A stretch of DNA of 64,000 nt from Octopus sinensis (GCF_006345805.1 NC_043000.1:122512001-122576000), one strand, 5' to 3'; positions 29,086-42,966 are shown, numbered from the stretch's first letter. Translations and numbers: made by a program. Notes: a model not told the origin generated them from the sequence alone.

Positions 29086-30577
29086 ATAAGAGTAAATAAT
29101 TTCTATAAAGGCTTTTAAAAAAAACCCAATTATTTACTGGTAGAATTCGGTATGTAAATATAGCCGATTACCGGCAGGAACTTCTGTAAAGTTCAGTATA
29201 TATATTGTATATAAGAAAAAGGGACAGGCACAGGTTGCCTGTCCCTTTTCGGTATGCCTGTCACTTTTTCGGTATGCGGTCAAGCAACCTGTTGCCTGTC
29301 CCTTTTTCATATACAATATATATACTGAACTTTACAGAAGTTCCTGCCGGTAATCGGCTATATTTACATACCGATTCTACCAGTAAATAATTGGGGTTTT
29401 TTTAAAAGCCTTTATAGAAATTATTACTCTTATTATATATTACTATTGGATTTTTCACTCCCTTATGACAACCCAATAGTTCCTAATCATATGGAACTAT
29501 TTTTGTGGTGCGCATGGCAAAATTTTGGAGGGAAGATTTACGAATTCAAACGTCTATGTAGGTTTAGCTTTTGCTCACTTTCTTCAAATATTTTGATGTC
29601 GCATGGTCGGAAGGTTTGAGGTACGTAGCATTTGATAAATCTATGATAAATCTTTTTCAATGGAAAGCTGTGCTGAAGAAGGATGTGAAATATATATGCA
29701 ATGTATATGAAATATATATCAAAAATATATATGAAATATATATTCAATATGTTTATAATCCAGAAACATGATGTTCACAGATAACCACCAGACTTCGTTT
29801 TCGTTATCTATTCCTTCTGTTTTGCATATGTGAATTACAGGGTTTGTCGTGCCTGGAGTCCAACTTTGATAGAAATAAGCATTCTTGACTGCTATTTCTA
29901 CTTTTTGGGCATGCGGTCAAGCAACCTGTTGCCTGTCCCTTTTTCTTATATACAATATATATACTGAACTTTACAGAAGTTCCTGCCGGTAATCGGCTAT
30001 ATTACATACCGAATTCTACCAGTAAATAATTGGGGTTTTTTTAAAAGCCTTTATAGAAATTATTACTCTTATTATATATTACTATTTGGATTTTCACTCC
30101 CTTATGACAACCCAATAGTTCCTAATCATGTGGAACTATTTTTGTGGTGGCGCATGGCAAAAGTTTGGAGGGAAGATTTACGAATTCAAACGTATGTAGG
30201 TTTAGCTTTTGCTCACTTTCTTCAAATATTTTGATGTCGCATGGTCGGAAGGTTGAGGTACGTAGCATTTGATAAATCTATGATAAATCTTTTTCAAGGA
30301 AAGCTGTGCTGAAGAGGATGCGAAATATATATGCAATGTATATGAATATATATCAAAAATATATATGAAATATATATTCAATATGTTTATAATCCAGAAA
30401 CATGATGTTCACAGATAACCACCAGACTTCGTTTTCGTATCTATTCCTCTGTTTTGCATATGTGAATTACAGGGTTTGTCGTGCCTGGAGTCCAACTTTG
30501 ATAGAAATAAGCATTCTTGACTGCTATTTCTACTTTTTGGGTATGCGGTCAAGCAACCTGTTGCCTGTCCCTTTTCC
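29084..30577. repeat. About 635-bp tandem duplication (29274-29910, 29911-30542, partial 30543-30577) preceded by an inverted partial copy (29084-29238)
   Basis: Direct comparison of the copies; differences are mostly 1-bp indels. Confidence 0.95.
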
Positions 30578-30615
<38 letters not shown>

Positions 30616-30853
30616 AAATGGATGTCTTATAAAGTTGTTCAGCACACATAATAACAGCCAAACCAACAATCCAACACACCTCTATCATCAGCTGCCCAAC
30701 GGATACCCCTATAGTTTCGACACCTGAGCGGCATCATTCAATCCGCCACACCTTAGATATTACCACATTCATTCAATCTAAATTCAAGGAAGGATTAAAC
30801 AATAACATTAATAATTAAACTACAACAAAGAAACCACATTTACCCTATGTGTG

Positions 30854-30890
<37 letters not shown>

Positions 30891-31334
30891 TGTGTGTGAC
30901 TTCGTGGAGTGTTACCATCGGTTCACAACTGGGGTTGGCTTGTTTGCGTCCCCATAATTTGGCGATTCGACGGAAAGAGAATAAGTACTATACTTACAAA
31001 TGTGACAACTTGGGTTGATCTATTCGACTAAGAGTTACAAGCTGGTTCCACAGCATGGCTGCAGTCCGATGAGTGAAACAAGTAATAGAGAAAAAGATTT
31101 TAAAAAGTCGATGTAAAGACTTACAGATCGATAATCAGGATCTGTACTGAATAAACGGAGGGAGCATATTCACTTACTCGCAGCTGAGAGCGTACATAAA
31201 CGGCTGAGTTAATTCAGTGGTATGTACTATGGGTTGATTTTACATACACAGAAATGATTCAAATGAATTGATGTAATTTTTTCTTGCTCCATATTTTCTC
31301 AGCGTAAATGGACATCACACACACACACCACACA

Positions 31335-31426
<92 letters not shown>

Positions 31427-31904
31427 TGTATGTATGTTTATATGTATGTGTATATATATATATATATATTGCCTTTCAGCTCCTGACCCTCGTCGTGTTA
31501 ACATCGTTGTTCTTCGTCCGCCGCTATAAAGCTTTTTCCAATGCGCCAGAGAAAAAATTTGTTTGCTTGTTATCAGTCGTAAGACACTTGTTGTTTTCAC
31601 CGTTAATGCTTCTGTATTTCATGTTTCTGTATTCCATTATTGTTTTTTGTTTTTTTTATATCTGTCCCTTTTGCTGTCCTGGTGTTCGTATGCATTCGAT
31701 CCTTCTTCCAGGAAATCTACGCTTCCAGCTTAGTTTTTCTGGAGGGCTGGCCGTGGATCTAGTAATCTCAAGATTAATCAGCCGAAATTACTACGATGAT
31801 CGGTTCTTGACTGAAGACTGAGGGGTTCGAATGTCCTGTCCATGTTTATTGTATCGTCTTCTATGAGTTATACGTTCTTGTCCTGTTGTATTTTTCTACA
31901 TACC

Positions 31905-31944
<40 letters not shown>

Positions 31945-31984
31945 CATTCATACATATCTTATTTATTTATGCACCCCTTTCAAG

Positions 31985-32259
31985 CCTAGCATGGCTAATG
32001 GGCCCCATTTCCTGGTTTCTGTAATGTATGTGTTCCCCCCAGCTGGACGGGACGCCAGTCCATCGCAGTGTTACTCAAGAAACAGGAAGACAGAGTGAAA
32101 AAAAGTTGGGGCGAAAGAGTACAACAGGGGACGGCACTACCCCCTGCCGGAGCCTCGTGGAGCTTTTAGGTGTTTTCGCTCAATAAACACATAGAACGCT
32201 CGGTCTGGGAATCGAAAATGCGATCCTCTTCCCGAACCACTGGGCCATTGCGCCTCCAT
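31985..32259 (-). mobile_element. SINE family C with a V-domain-like tail
   Basis: C head; tail GCGATGGACTGGCGTCCCGTCCAGCTGGGGGGAACAC. Confidence 0.8.
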
Positions 32260-32289
32260 ATTCATATATACAGTAACACACACACACAC

Positions 32290-32323
<34 letters not shown>

Positions 32324-32920
32324 GACAATAATAAATCTCTGAACGAGATATAAACAGTAACCGCTCGACAACGTAAGGGGTATTAGCCATCTGAATGTGG
32401 CTAGCCACTGGGGGGGGGGGGTTACTGATGCTTTTAGCACCAGGCGATCAACGTCACCAGAAGGACTTTAGACACTATCTCAGTGCCCTTGTGTTATTTG
32501 CAAAGGGAGGTCATCCTCCCTCGAAGACCCGAGTACTACATACGACTATAGTTTCAAGGTAATTGCCTCTCGTCCAACGCATGGTAAGCACCGGTCTTCG
32601 ATGAAGGAGTCCCCTTGCAAATATATATAATGTTTTTCACAGTAACCACTGTCACTGATGTAGAAAAACTGTCTGAAAACAATAATAAATCTCTGAACGA
32701 GATATAAACAGTAACCGCTCGACAACGTAAGGGGTATTAGCCATCTGAATGTGGCTAGCCACTGGGGGGGGGGTTACTGATGCCCCAGGCGATCAACGTC
32801 ACCAGAAGGGCACTGAGATAGTGTCTAAAGTCCTTCTGGTGACGTTGATCGCCTGGGGCTAAAAGCATCAGTAACACCCCCCCCCCTAGTGGCTAGCCAC
32901 ATTCAGATGGCTAATACCAC
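32324..32920. repeat. Direct plus inverted repeat complex
   Basis: Unit starting 32324 recurs at about 32680; about 32808-32925 is an inverted copy of about 32367-32490; internal hairpin at about 32496-32622. Confidence 0.85.
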
Positions 32921-33107
32921 TTACGTTATATATATATATATACACATATATGTTTATACGTTTATGTATATATATATATATATATATATATGTATTTTTA
33001 TGCATGCATGTATGTGGTTATCTGTATACATGTATATGTATATATATATGTGTGTGTGTGTTTGTATACACCTGTGCATGCATATAGGCATATGTGCTTA
33101 TTTGCAC

Positions 33108-33436
33108 TTAAATGTGGATGTTCTGTTAGAACATACTACGCTGCAATAGTTACCCTGAGATAAATTCTGATATTGGCTTTTGGTGCAAAATACACTCCCA
33201 TAATATCGCTAGCTAGTAATAAATCATCGCAACCTCTAGCCGTCGAGAGTCCGTCACTGATGAGACCAAGGAAGGTAATCATGTAATCTGGTGGTCTTGG
33301 CACTGGAAATAGCGGGGATTTATCTCCCTGTCAGCGATATAAACATAACTGCATTTTGCATCAAAAGACAATATCTGGATTTCTCTCTTGGCATATACCG
33401 CAGTCCAGTTTGTTCTAACAGAACATCCACGTTTAA
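33108..33436. mobile_element. MITE with 26-bp TIRs (TTAAAYGTGGATGTTCTGTTAGAACA)
   Basis: 33108-33133 is the reverse complement of 33411-33436 with 1 mismatch. Confidence 0.75.
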
Positions 33437-33490
33437 GAGGGGATAAATATGACCTCTCGGTATTAATATTGCCTCTGTCGCTAGTAAATA

Positions 33491-34013
33491 TTGTGTTGTC
33501 CGAAAAGTTCGTGCCAATTTATAGTAGCTTACATTTCGACTTATTTTAGAATATTGGTGAGTCCATAAAATAAGATTTGACTACACCTCCATTTTGAGCA
33601 CACTTTAAGCTATCTTTTCGTGGAAGAAGGTTTATGTTTCTATAACCTGTGTTAATTCTGTAACCCTTTAAAATGGAAGATAAGAAAGTTCATTTTCGGT
33701 ACTTGATGCTTTGGGAACCAGATAAAAATTGCCGCAGCCCGGCTGGGATGTATTATCCCAACCTCCATATTCACCAGATATTGCTCCTTCGGATTTCCAC
33801 TTATTCAGGTCACTGCAGAATAGTCTTAATGGTAAAAAATTTCAATTCCTCGAGTGACGTAAAAAGACACCTTGCTGAAATCTTTGCCATGAAACCACCT
33901 CAGCATTGTGCAACAAAACTGTTCATATTTAGTTGATTAAAAATGTAATGGCAAGTATTTACTGACCTTTTTCTTGCCTTTAAAAATCGGCACGAACTTT
34001 CCGGACAACCCAA
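33491..34013 (+). mobile_element. Internally deleted mariner element
   Basis: TA-flanked TIRs TTGKGTTGTCCGRAAAGTTCGTGCC; N-terminal MEDKKVHFRYLMLWE fused to GWDVLSQPPYSPDIAPSDFHLFRSLQNSLNGKNF. Confidence 0.9.
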
Positions 34014-34115
34014 TATTAGTATGCATGTATCTATGTTTTCAACTCGTGCATACCTGTATCTCAAAGAAGTATTGATGTGTGGAGGTGGGTCTGCGCATGT
34101 GTGTGCATGTCTTTT

Positions 34116-34149
<34 letters not shown>

Positions 34150-34569
34150 TGAGAGAGTGAGAGAGGGGGTGCGCGCGAGTGTTTGCAAACAGAATATATG
34201 GCTCTATGTTCCGAAATATCTGAACATATATATAATGTTAAGCGAGTGCGTATGTAATATATAATAATAATAGATCATATGATGGAAACATCTGCAATAA
34301 TTTAGTTAAATTTTTATCAACGAAAGATGAATTCTGAAAGAATATTTAAAATGTTTTTCCAGCCCATTCAATAAAAGAAAAAAAATGGCTGAAAACATTT
34401 TATCTAAGAAACATTTGTCTAAATAATGGTTTAATGTTTTTGAATGGATTAACTCGATAAAATCATGTGCAGAGACAGTATTCTCTAAATTTATATTAAA
34501 ATGATAACCACTAGTCCTCAACATGATTAGATTAATATCCATTAAATGCTGGAAGAAACATTTCGAATG

Positions 34570-34678
34570 ATGTCTCTATATATATAAACACATTAGAATC
34601 TTCACCTACACTTGTGTATATGTCCAACGCACCCGTACTATATATACATATGTATATGCGTCTGTTACATTATAATAC

Positions 34679-34727
<49 letters not shown>

Positions 34728-35064
34728 TGTATCTGTAAGTATATATATATACATACATATATATGTATGTATCTGTAAGTATGTATATATATATATGCAT
34801 ATATATTTATGTATATATATATATAATATATATATCATATATCAAATATATATATAAATATTATATATATATTATATATATATATATATAACATACATAT
34901 GTATCTGTAAGTATATGTACATATATATATGTATATATATGTATAATATATGTATATATATGTATATATGTATATATATATACCCATATATATACATATA
35001 TATACATAATCTATTTATACATGTATATATATATATAATATATATTATACATAATATATATATC

Positions 35065-35102
<38 letters not shown>

Positions 35103-35261
35103 ATATACCTATATTAATAATATATATATATATATATATATTACATATATATACATATATTATATATATATATATAACATATATATACAATAAATATATA
35201 TATATTATATATATATATACATATATATACATATATACTATATATATATACATATATATAC

Positions 35262-35299
<38 letters not shown>

Positions 35300-35370
35300 T
35301 ATTATATATATATATATATCTACATAGTATATACATACATAGTATATTATATATAATGGGCAGCATATTT
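34570..35370. repeat. About 800-bp degenerate (TA)n-rich tract
   Basis: Directly visible. Confidence 0.95.
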
Positions 35371-35827
35371 TAAATATATTTTTCAATATACATAAATCAG
35401 ATTATTAGCAGAACGGTGGTAGTTTACATGATTTGGAAACAGCACAAAAAGTTTTCAATTTGTTTGTGAAGAAGTAGAGAGAAAAAAATATTATATCACA
35501 TAGTTTCAGTTTAGCAAAACAAAACCCCCTCAAAAAAAAATTACGAACGAAAAAATATCATTTATAAGTCTTACTCCAAGTCTTTGGCGCCGTTCTGGCA
35601 TTGCATTGGAATATGGTTGGTTTGGAAGGCCATCAATTAAAGACTTAAACAGGAAAAGAAAAATAAACTATACAAAAAAAATATATCAAAACATACGAAA
35701 TAATACATGCTTGAAATAATTCATTGCTCTGAATGCTTTCTAAATAGAAGACGGAGATTGGCGGAAAAAATCGAAATGCAACATGCTTCAGAAAATGAAT
35801 GAGGATATATATATATATAATATATAT

Positions 35828-35869
<42 letters not shown>

Positions 35870-35889
35870 TCAGTAAATGTGGGGTTGTC

Positions 35890-35920
<31 letters not shown>

Positions 35921-37102
35921 TGTATTATATATACACACATATATACATATATACATATATACATATATTCATATTCGTATGTAGGTGTGCGCGTGAGTGT
36001 ATGTATATATATATATATATGTATGTATGTATACATATATGATATATCCATGTATATACACATATTTACATGAGTATGTATATATATATATATATATATA
36101 TATGCATACATATATAAATTTGGTATCGGGTGTGCCGCCGCGCATAAATTTGTTTTCTACCCTTGAATTGTCCTCTGCTTGTAAAATGTTTGCTTCTCAG
36201 AGTCATTGCTCATTTAGAACATTATGTGCATTATTCAAACTCTGAATTCATTTAAGTCAACCAAAGGCCTTTTTCAACACCTACGATCTTCCTCACCATG
36301 CAATTTCCACCTGGTAGAAAATAACAAATGAATAATCACTAATAATCATACCCCAGCTTCTAAAAAGTGAAGTACGCATCGAATAAATGTTGTCTTCGAA
36401 ACAATTATTTTTTAATTAAATGGGTTTCTGAAGGTTGAACACTACGGCGTTAACGTAGTCGAAGACCAGCTCGATCAGAACTAATGTATTGCTAAACAGC
36501 ACCAGCCTCAAGCTCAGTATTATGTATGCACACAACGAATTGATATAATGAATTTCACAGATGTTAAACGCTTGAACAGCTATAACTAAACAAGGCTCCT
36601 ATCGTAATGGTAAGGGAGAACCGAATCATTTGTGAATTTTCTCAGACGATGTTTATCAAAATTCTTTTCTGTAGCCATCTTCAGCCTATGACAAAAAATC
36701 GAATTCATTTCCCATAAAATTAAATACTAATGAATTATTGTCTTCCAGTTAATTACAATGATGAGCTGTGTCCATGAATGATATCTGCATGAACTAAACT
36801 AGTTATAATGGCACGTTACACATGATTGATTTGACATTTTGATATATTATTTCATTCTATATTACATGCCATCTGGAGGAAAAGAAACTATTGGCTTCAG
36901 CTTTTCTCCTAACAACTTATCGCCTCCATCAATATTTCAGATATGATTTTGTTGATCGTCATGAAGGTAGCCGGTAGTGCGCATGCAACATTAGCCACCA
37001 GTGGAAGGGAATGTACATCACAACATCTCACTCACAAAAGACCCATTTTTACACATAAATACTTCACATTAGTGACGTAGAGATAAAAGCTTACATGATA
37101 AA

Positions 37103-37330
37103 AGGTGAGCTGGCAGAAGTGTTAGCCCACCGGGCAAAATGCTTAGCGATATTTTGTCTGCCGCTACGTTCTGAGTTCAAATTCCGCCGAGATCGACTTT
37201 GCCTTTCATCCTTTCGGGGTCGATAAATTAAGTACCAGTTACGCACTGGGGTCGATATAATCGACTTAATCCGTTTGTCTGTCCTTGTTTGTCCCCTCTG
37301 TGTTTAGCCCCGTGTGGGTAGTAAAGAATT
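37103..37330 (+). mobile_element. SINE family A, full length
   Basis: Flanked by the degenerate TSD AAAAG(C/T)TTACATGATAA. Confidence 0.9.
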
Positions 37331-37844
37331 TTTAAAAAGTTTACATGATAACTGTCATGAAGACGCATCAAAAATCGAAGTTGTAATTTTGAGTTCAAAT
37401 TCTACCTGTCCTGCTCCAAAGTTTCAGATTCACAACTTATTTCTAAGCTACTAGAACGCGACTTCACGTGATAATGCTCTGGAAGCCAATCCGTTCCAAG
37501 TACATATTTATACACTAGATAAATTTCATCTAAATTACTTTCGCTGATGAAATTTAGTCATATATTTCTCAGGTAAATATCAGGAAACAAACGTATAACA
37601 GGTCTCTTACACTAAATCTCTTCCTGAAAGGCAAACTCTTCATGAATTAGCCTTGCAGCTCAGCATTCCAGTAGATAACAGAACTTCGGAAAGATGAATA
37701 CGAGTGATCACGAAGTTTCTTAATTCTTCATTTGAATCATCCTTTCTTATTGCATTTCTCAACTTTTATCTCTTAACACAGATCACTTTTATTATAGATT
37801 TACTGATCACTAACATGGCTATTCTAAGACATACCTAGGATATA

Positions 37845-39500
37845 CAGAGAGTCCCAAAAGATGTTCACATATTTTGACTCCCCATAATTCACTGAATTTT
37901 TCATTTTCTTAATTTTTAAATCAAATTAACCCTAATAATGTCAGAGGTTCTAAGGAAAGGAAATGTATGATACAATGCTAGTGGAAGCACGAAGACATTA
38001 TGAAAGTACACAGACTACTTAGAAGACGTTTCTGCAAACATCCACCATTGCTAGCATCCGAGATAAGTTTGAATAAGATGGAACTGTGCAAGACGTCCAT
38101 AAGGCGCGTTCAAGAAGACCATGGTCTTCAACCATGCCCGTAAAGGAAAACCAATTGCTGAAAACCTTCCACCGATCCTTAGAGAAATATATAAGACAAA
38201 TGGCTCCTGAGACAGCAATCTCAAAATCAAGCACCCATCGCATTTTGAAGTAAGTTCATTAGAAAATGTTACATTCCAACATCAATCTACACTCTAAATA
38301 GAGTCGAAACTGAGAGCAGGGTTGAATTTTGCGAGTGGTATCTCGGCAAATGCGACGGAGATGCAGCATTTCCATCTAAAATCATTTGGACCAATGAGAC
38401 CAGATTTAAGTTAGATACCTCAATTAACCGACATAATTGCACTGACTGGGATCCTCATTGTCTGCATGTTACTATGGAACAGTGGAGGCGCAATGGCCCA
38501 GTGGTTAGGGCAGCGGACTCGCGGTCATAGAATCGCGGTTTCGATTCCCAGACCGGGCGTTGTGAGTGTTTATTGAGCGAAAACACCTAAAAGCTCCACG
38601 CGGCTCCGACAGGGGATGGTGGTGATCCCTGCTGTACTCTTTCACCACAACTTTCTCTCACTCTTACTTCCTGTTTCTGTTGTACCTGTATTTCAAAGGA
38701 CCGGCCTTGTCACTCTCTGTGTCACGCTGAATATCCCCGAGAACTACGTTAAGGGTACACGTGTCTGTGGAGTGCTCAGCCACTTACACGTTAATTTCAC
38801 GAGCAGGCTGTTCCGTTGATTCGGATCAACCGGAACCCTCGTCGTCGTAACCGACGGAGTGCTTCCCCACTATGGAACATCAATTGAACTTACCAGGGGT
38901 TCCAGTGGGGTATATGATATCAGCAATGGATATCCTAGGGTTATTCTCTTTTGATCAAACTGTCACTGGGGGTGTTTGCCTAAACGTGCTGCAGGAATCC
39001 GTCGTTTCACGTGTTGAAGTGTTGCATGATGACAAAGAGATTTACTTTCAGCAAGATTGAGCTCCTCCCCACTTCCATCGTGATGTAACGGCCTATCATG
39101 ATGCAGCTTTTCTGAACAAATAGATTTGGGCGACGCGGTAGGGTTGAATTCTCTGCGCGTTCTCCAAACTTCACTTCAATGGTCTTCCGTTTTATGGGAA
39201 TATTTCAAAGCTTAAAACCAGAAACTGTTGATGAATTGAAAGGAAACTGAAAGACAACATTTTTCAGTTCCGAATCAAATGATTCACAACGCAGTTAAAT
39301 CCATAGGTCTGTGTTTATCGTCTGTGTTTGGAGAGCAGTGGTCGTCTGTTTGAACATATGTAAAAATGCATTTATCTATTTATGCATTTAACCATTAATT
39401 TTGTTTCTATTTTTACATTTAACCATTAATCTTGTTTCTAACTCAATGAACAATGAATTTATTTTTGTTTTAAGAATGAGTACGCTGGTGGGACACTGTG
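37845..39500 (+). mobile_element. Tc1/mariner element with a pseudogenised transposase, interrupted by SINE C (38482-38868, TSD ACTATGGAACA)
   Basis: TA-CAGAGAGTCCCAAAAG start; IRDKFE*DGTVQD..FCEWYL..IIWTNETRFKL..NRHNC..NLPGV..TVTG..YFQQD*APPHF motifs. Confidence 0.9.
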
Positions 39501-39989
39501 CAACAAATAAATTCAAGCACTTATGACTTGAAAATGATTTTTCGGAGTACGTTTATGACTGTACTTTATTTGTTCGTGTAATAAAATAAATTCATACCAT
39601 GAAAGCAGTAATAGATACATGTGTGTATATATATGTACAGAGGAGTTAGAAATGGAGAGAGGGAAAGAGAGTTTTATATTCTGATTTACATCTAAAGCCA
39701 ATAAAGGTGAACAATGACGAATGTACAGGTAAACCTTTTTCAAGAACTTTTTATAATATTTCTAACATAATCATATGTTCTATTGAAAATAAGTTTATAG
39801 GAACGAGGATGAATCTGAGCAAGGGTCCTAAAGTCATAGATTAATCTAATACATTACAACTTAAAGGCAGCTGGGATAAAAGAAACACATCTACCAGTGT
39901 CCCTTTTGTATGTGTAATTCGTTATATGTCTTTATTTAATGAATAATAATTGATTTGTAATTTTGAAAGTAAATTTTGGCATAATGCCA

Positions 39990-40340
39990 GCAATTTCGTG
40001 GAAGTGCTCAAGTGCTACTTATTTTATCGATCCTGAAAGGCTAAGTCATTCGTGGCGGATTTTAAACTTAGAACGTAAAGACGGACGAAATACCTATTTC
40101 TTTTTCTATTTCTTTACTACCCACACGGGCTAAACACAGAGAGGACAAACAAGAGCAGACAAACGGATTAAGTCGATTATATCGACCCCAGTGCTTAACT
40201 GGTACTTATTTAATCGACCCCGAAAGGATAAAAGGCAAAGTCGGCCTCGGCGGAATTTGAACTTTGAACGTAACGTCAGACGAAATGCCGCTAAGAATTT
40301 TATCCGGCATGCAAACGATTCTGCAAGCTCACCGCCTAAA
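39990..40340 (-). mobile_element. SINE family A dimer (degenerate)
   Basis: Two bodies joined at GAAATACCTATTTC (40087-40100). Confidence 0.85.
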
Positions 40341-41940
40341 ATTGAATTGAAATATCAAGCATTTTTAACTGATAACGATGAATTAGGGAACAATGACCGT
40401 GGATAAGTTACTCCTTTTAACTGAAAAGAAACTTGTTTAATAAACCTTCACAACTAAAATTATCGCTTTTCCCATTAAATGTTATATGAGTGCCACTGGG
40501 GGTTTTAGAAAACAATTTAAATCAAGAGACATATAACTGTAATTATTCAAGAGGCAAATCAATTGATCATTTATAAATTTTGTAACGGATAACGAACTGG
40601 ACATTAAAGGGGAAACGGCTGATTCTGTTTATCACATAATTAATAATATATTTTCATACTCACACATACATACACATACACACCTGTATGTGTGTGTGTA
40701 TGTGTGTGTGTGTATAAGGGTAGCCTTGAGTATGTAATTAATAGTTCTCGTTGCAACCACGTGGTTCCGGATTCAGTCCAACAGCGTGATACCTTCTGTG
40801 AGTGAATAGTGGAGGGTAATTGTGTGGAAACCCGTCGTATATTTGTGTGTCTATGTGTCTGCGTAAGCGCGCGCACGTGTCAGTGTGTATATGTGTGTGT
40901 GCTTGTCCACCCGACACCGGTTAACGTCCGTTGCTCTCAACTTGTTTCTCAAGTTGCTGCTGGTTGCCTTATCCATGAAAACGGTAGGTTTCTCTTTTCG
41001 TCCTTCGTACTTTTCTACACAATGATCGCTCTACAGTTTGTACTCCCATTTACAAAGATTCGCTCTTTGATGCCCAGTTTGCCTCAAATATCACCCAAAA
41101 CTTACGGGGCCAATTCCTCGCAAAAATGCACAGGGGGTGATTTGTTCGACTAAAACCCTCAAGCATAGCCCCAGCGTGGCTGCAATCTAAAAGCTAAAAT
41201 AAGTAACAAGAAAATCATAAGAGATCGCCTTTTTTTTTCTGATTTCCATTTTTCCAAAACTCTAATATCTTGACGGGAATGGGGATAAAACATACAAGTC
41301 AACAACGAGAGTCTGTTGTGTATGTTCCTTAAAACTTTTTGCATTCTGTCATAGCGAGAATTCTATATTGATCAGTTATTATTTTATAAGGGTTTCATTT
41401 TATAATGTTCAGTGGATTATTATTAAAATTAAGCAAACAAATAGCTGTGGACAATTTCTTCATTTCATATATCATATGTAAATTACATATAAGAATTCCA
41501 GCTTCATAAATTCCTGTTCAATTATAGAATTCCTTTTGCGAGATTCTGGCTTTGTCGTGCATACGAAAAAATCGTCAATAAATGCTCATATTATTCTATC
41601 ATGATTCTGCATGAGAAATATTTATCCATTGTTTACAAGCAATATTTGAAAATAATATGTAATTATATACTTCGATAAACAATCTAATAAGATTCATACA
41701 GGTACTCCTTTAGTTTTTTTCTATCAATCTAAATTTTCTCTCGTTCTTATTCTTTTCGCTATCCTCTCTCTTTTCGATACTGTAGTGTCAAAATATAAAA
41801 GTATAAAATTATTTCTGCTTTTGATTACAGTAAATTGCTGTTATTAAGAACTTTATGATTTATTACTTAATCTATGGAAAATGACAAATTGCAGTTGTCA
41901 AAATGTACGTCCTACCTCCTACATGTATTAGATGCCTTGA

Positions 41941-42425
41941 AAGGCGGTGAGCTGGCAGAAACGTTAGCAGGCCGGGCGATATGCGTAGCCGTAGTTCGTC
42001 AGCCGTTACGTTCTGAGTTCAAATTCCACCGAGGTCGACCTTGCCTTTCATCCTTTCGCTGTCGATAAATTAAGTACCAGTTACGCACTGGGATCGATGT
42101 AATCGACTTAATCCGGTTGTCTGTCCTTGTTTGTCCCCTCTGTGTTTAGCCCCTTGTGAGCAGTAAAGAAATACATATATTAAATGCCTTGAAAGGCGGC
42201 GAGCTGGCAGAAACGTTAGCACGCCGGGCGAAATGCGGAGCCGTATTTCGTCAGAAGTTACGTTCTGAGTTCAAATTCCGCCGAGGTCAACTTTGCCTTT
42301 CATCATTTCGGGGTCGATAAATTAAGTACCAGTTACACTTTGGGGTCGATGTAATCGACTTAATCCGTTTGTCTGTCCTTGTTTGTCCCCTCTGTGTTTA
42401 GCCCCTTGTGGGTAGTAAAGAAATA
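41941..42425 (+). mobile_element. Two complete SINE A copies in tandem
   Basis: Each copy has its own head; three copies of TATTARAT(G/C)CCTTGA bracket them. Confidence 0.9.
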
Positions 42426-42966
42426 TATTAAATCCCTTGAGCTAAGAGATTCCAAATTATATTATTTAAACACTTTCTCGCCTATTTTACGCATAGAATA
42501 GAGTGATCATGAGTAAATATTCGAGAAATTACGTATATTTATTGTTTTCCTCCACTTACTATTGGATACACCGAGTCTGTCAGAATTAGGAACAGTATTA
42601 CTCAAGACAATGACTTAGCACCATTTGCGTGTAGAATATACCGTACATATACCTTCATAACACATCTCAGTGTTGATGATGTATTGATCATCAACACAGA
42701 GATCAGAAATCAGGGATCTGGAATTATCCAGTAATTTTTTGCTAATTAATTTTTGCCTTTTTCTCGTCTATCCTGGTGCTTTATGAACATTTATTGTGGT
42801 TTTAGTGTAACATTTTGGCTGCTATTTCAAGCATGGTGGTATCTCTTAGGTACCCTTAATTATAATTTTAATAATATCTATTGCCTTTTGAGGTTTTTAT
42901 TCCCATGTTGGCCACCTGATAGGATCGGTATTTTAAATAAAGATCTTATCCGTATTTATATAAATT

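Noticed and set aside
31477-31821. Plus-strand exon candidates (LLTLVVLTSLFFVRRYK.. and GNLRFQLSF../EIYASSLVF..)
   Set aside because: Splice sites are plausible but phases give conflicting models and no homology is recognised.
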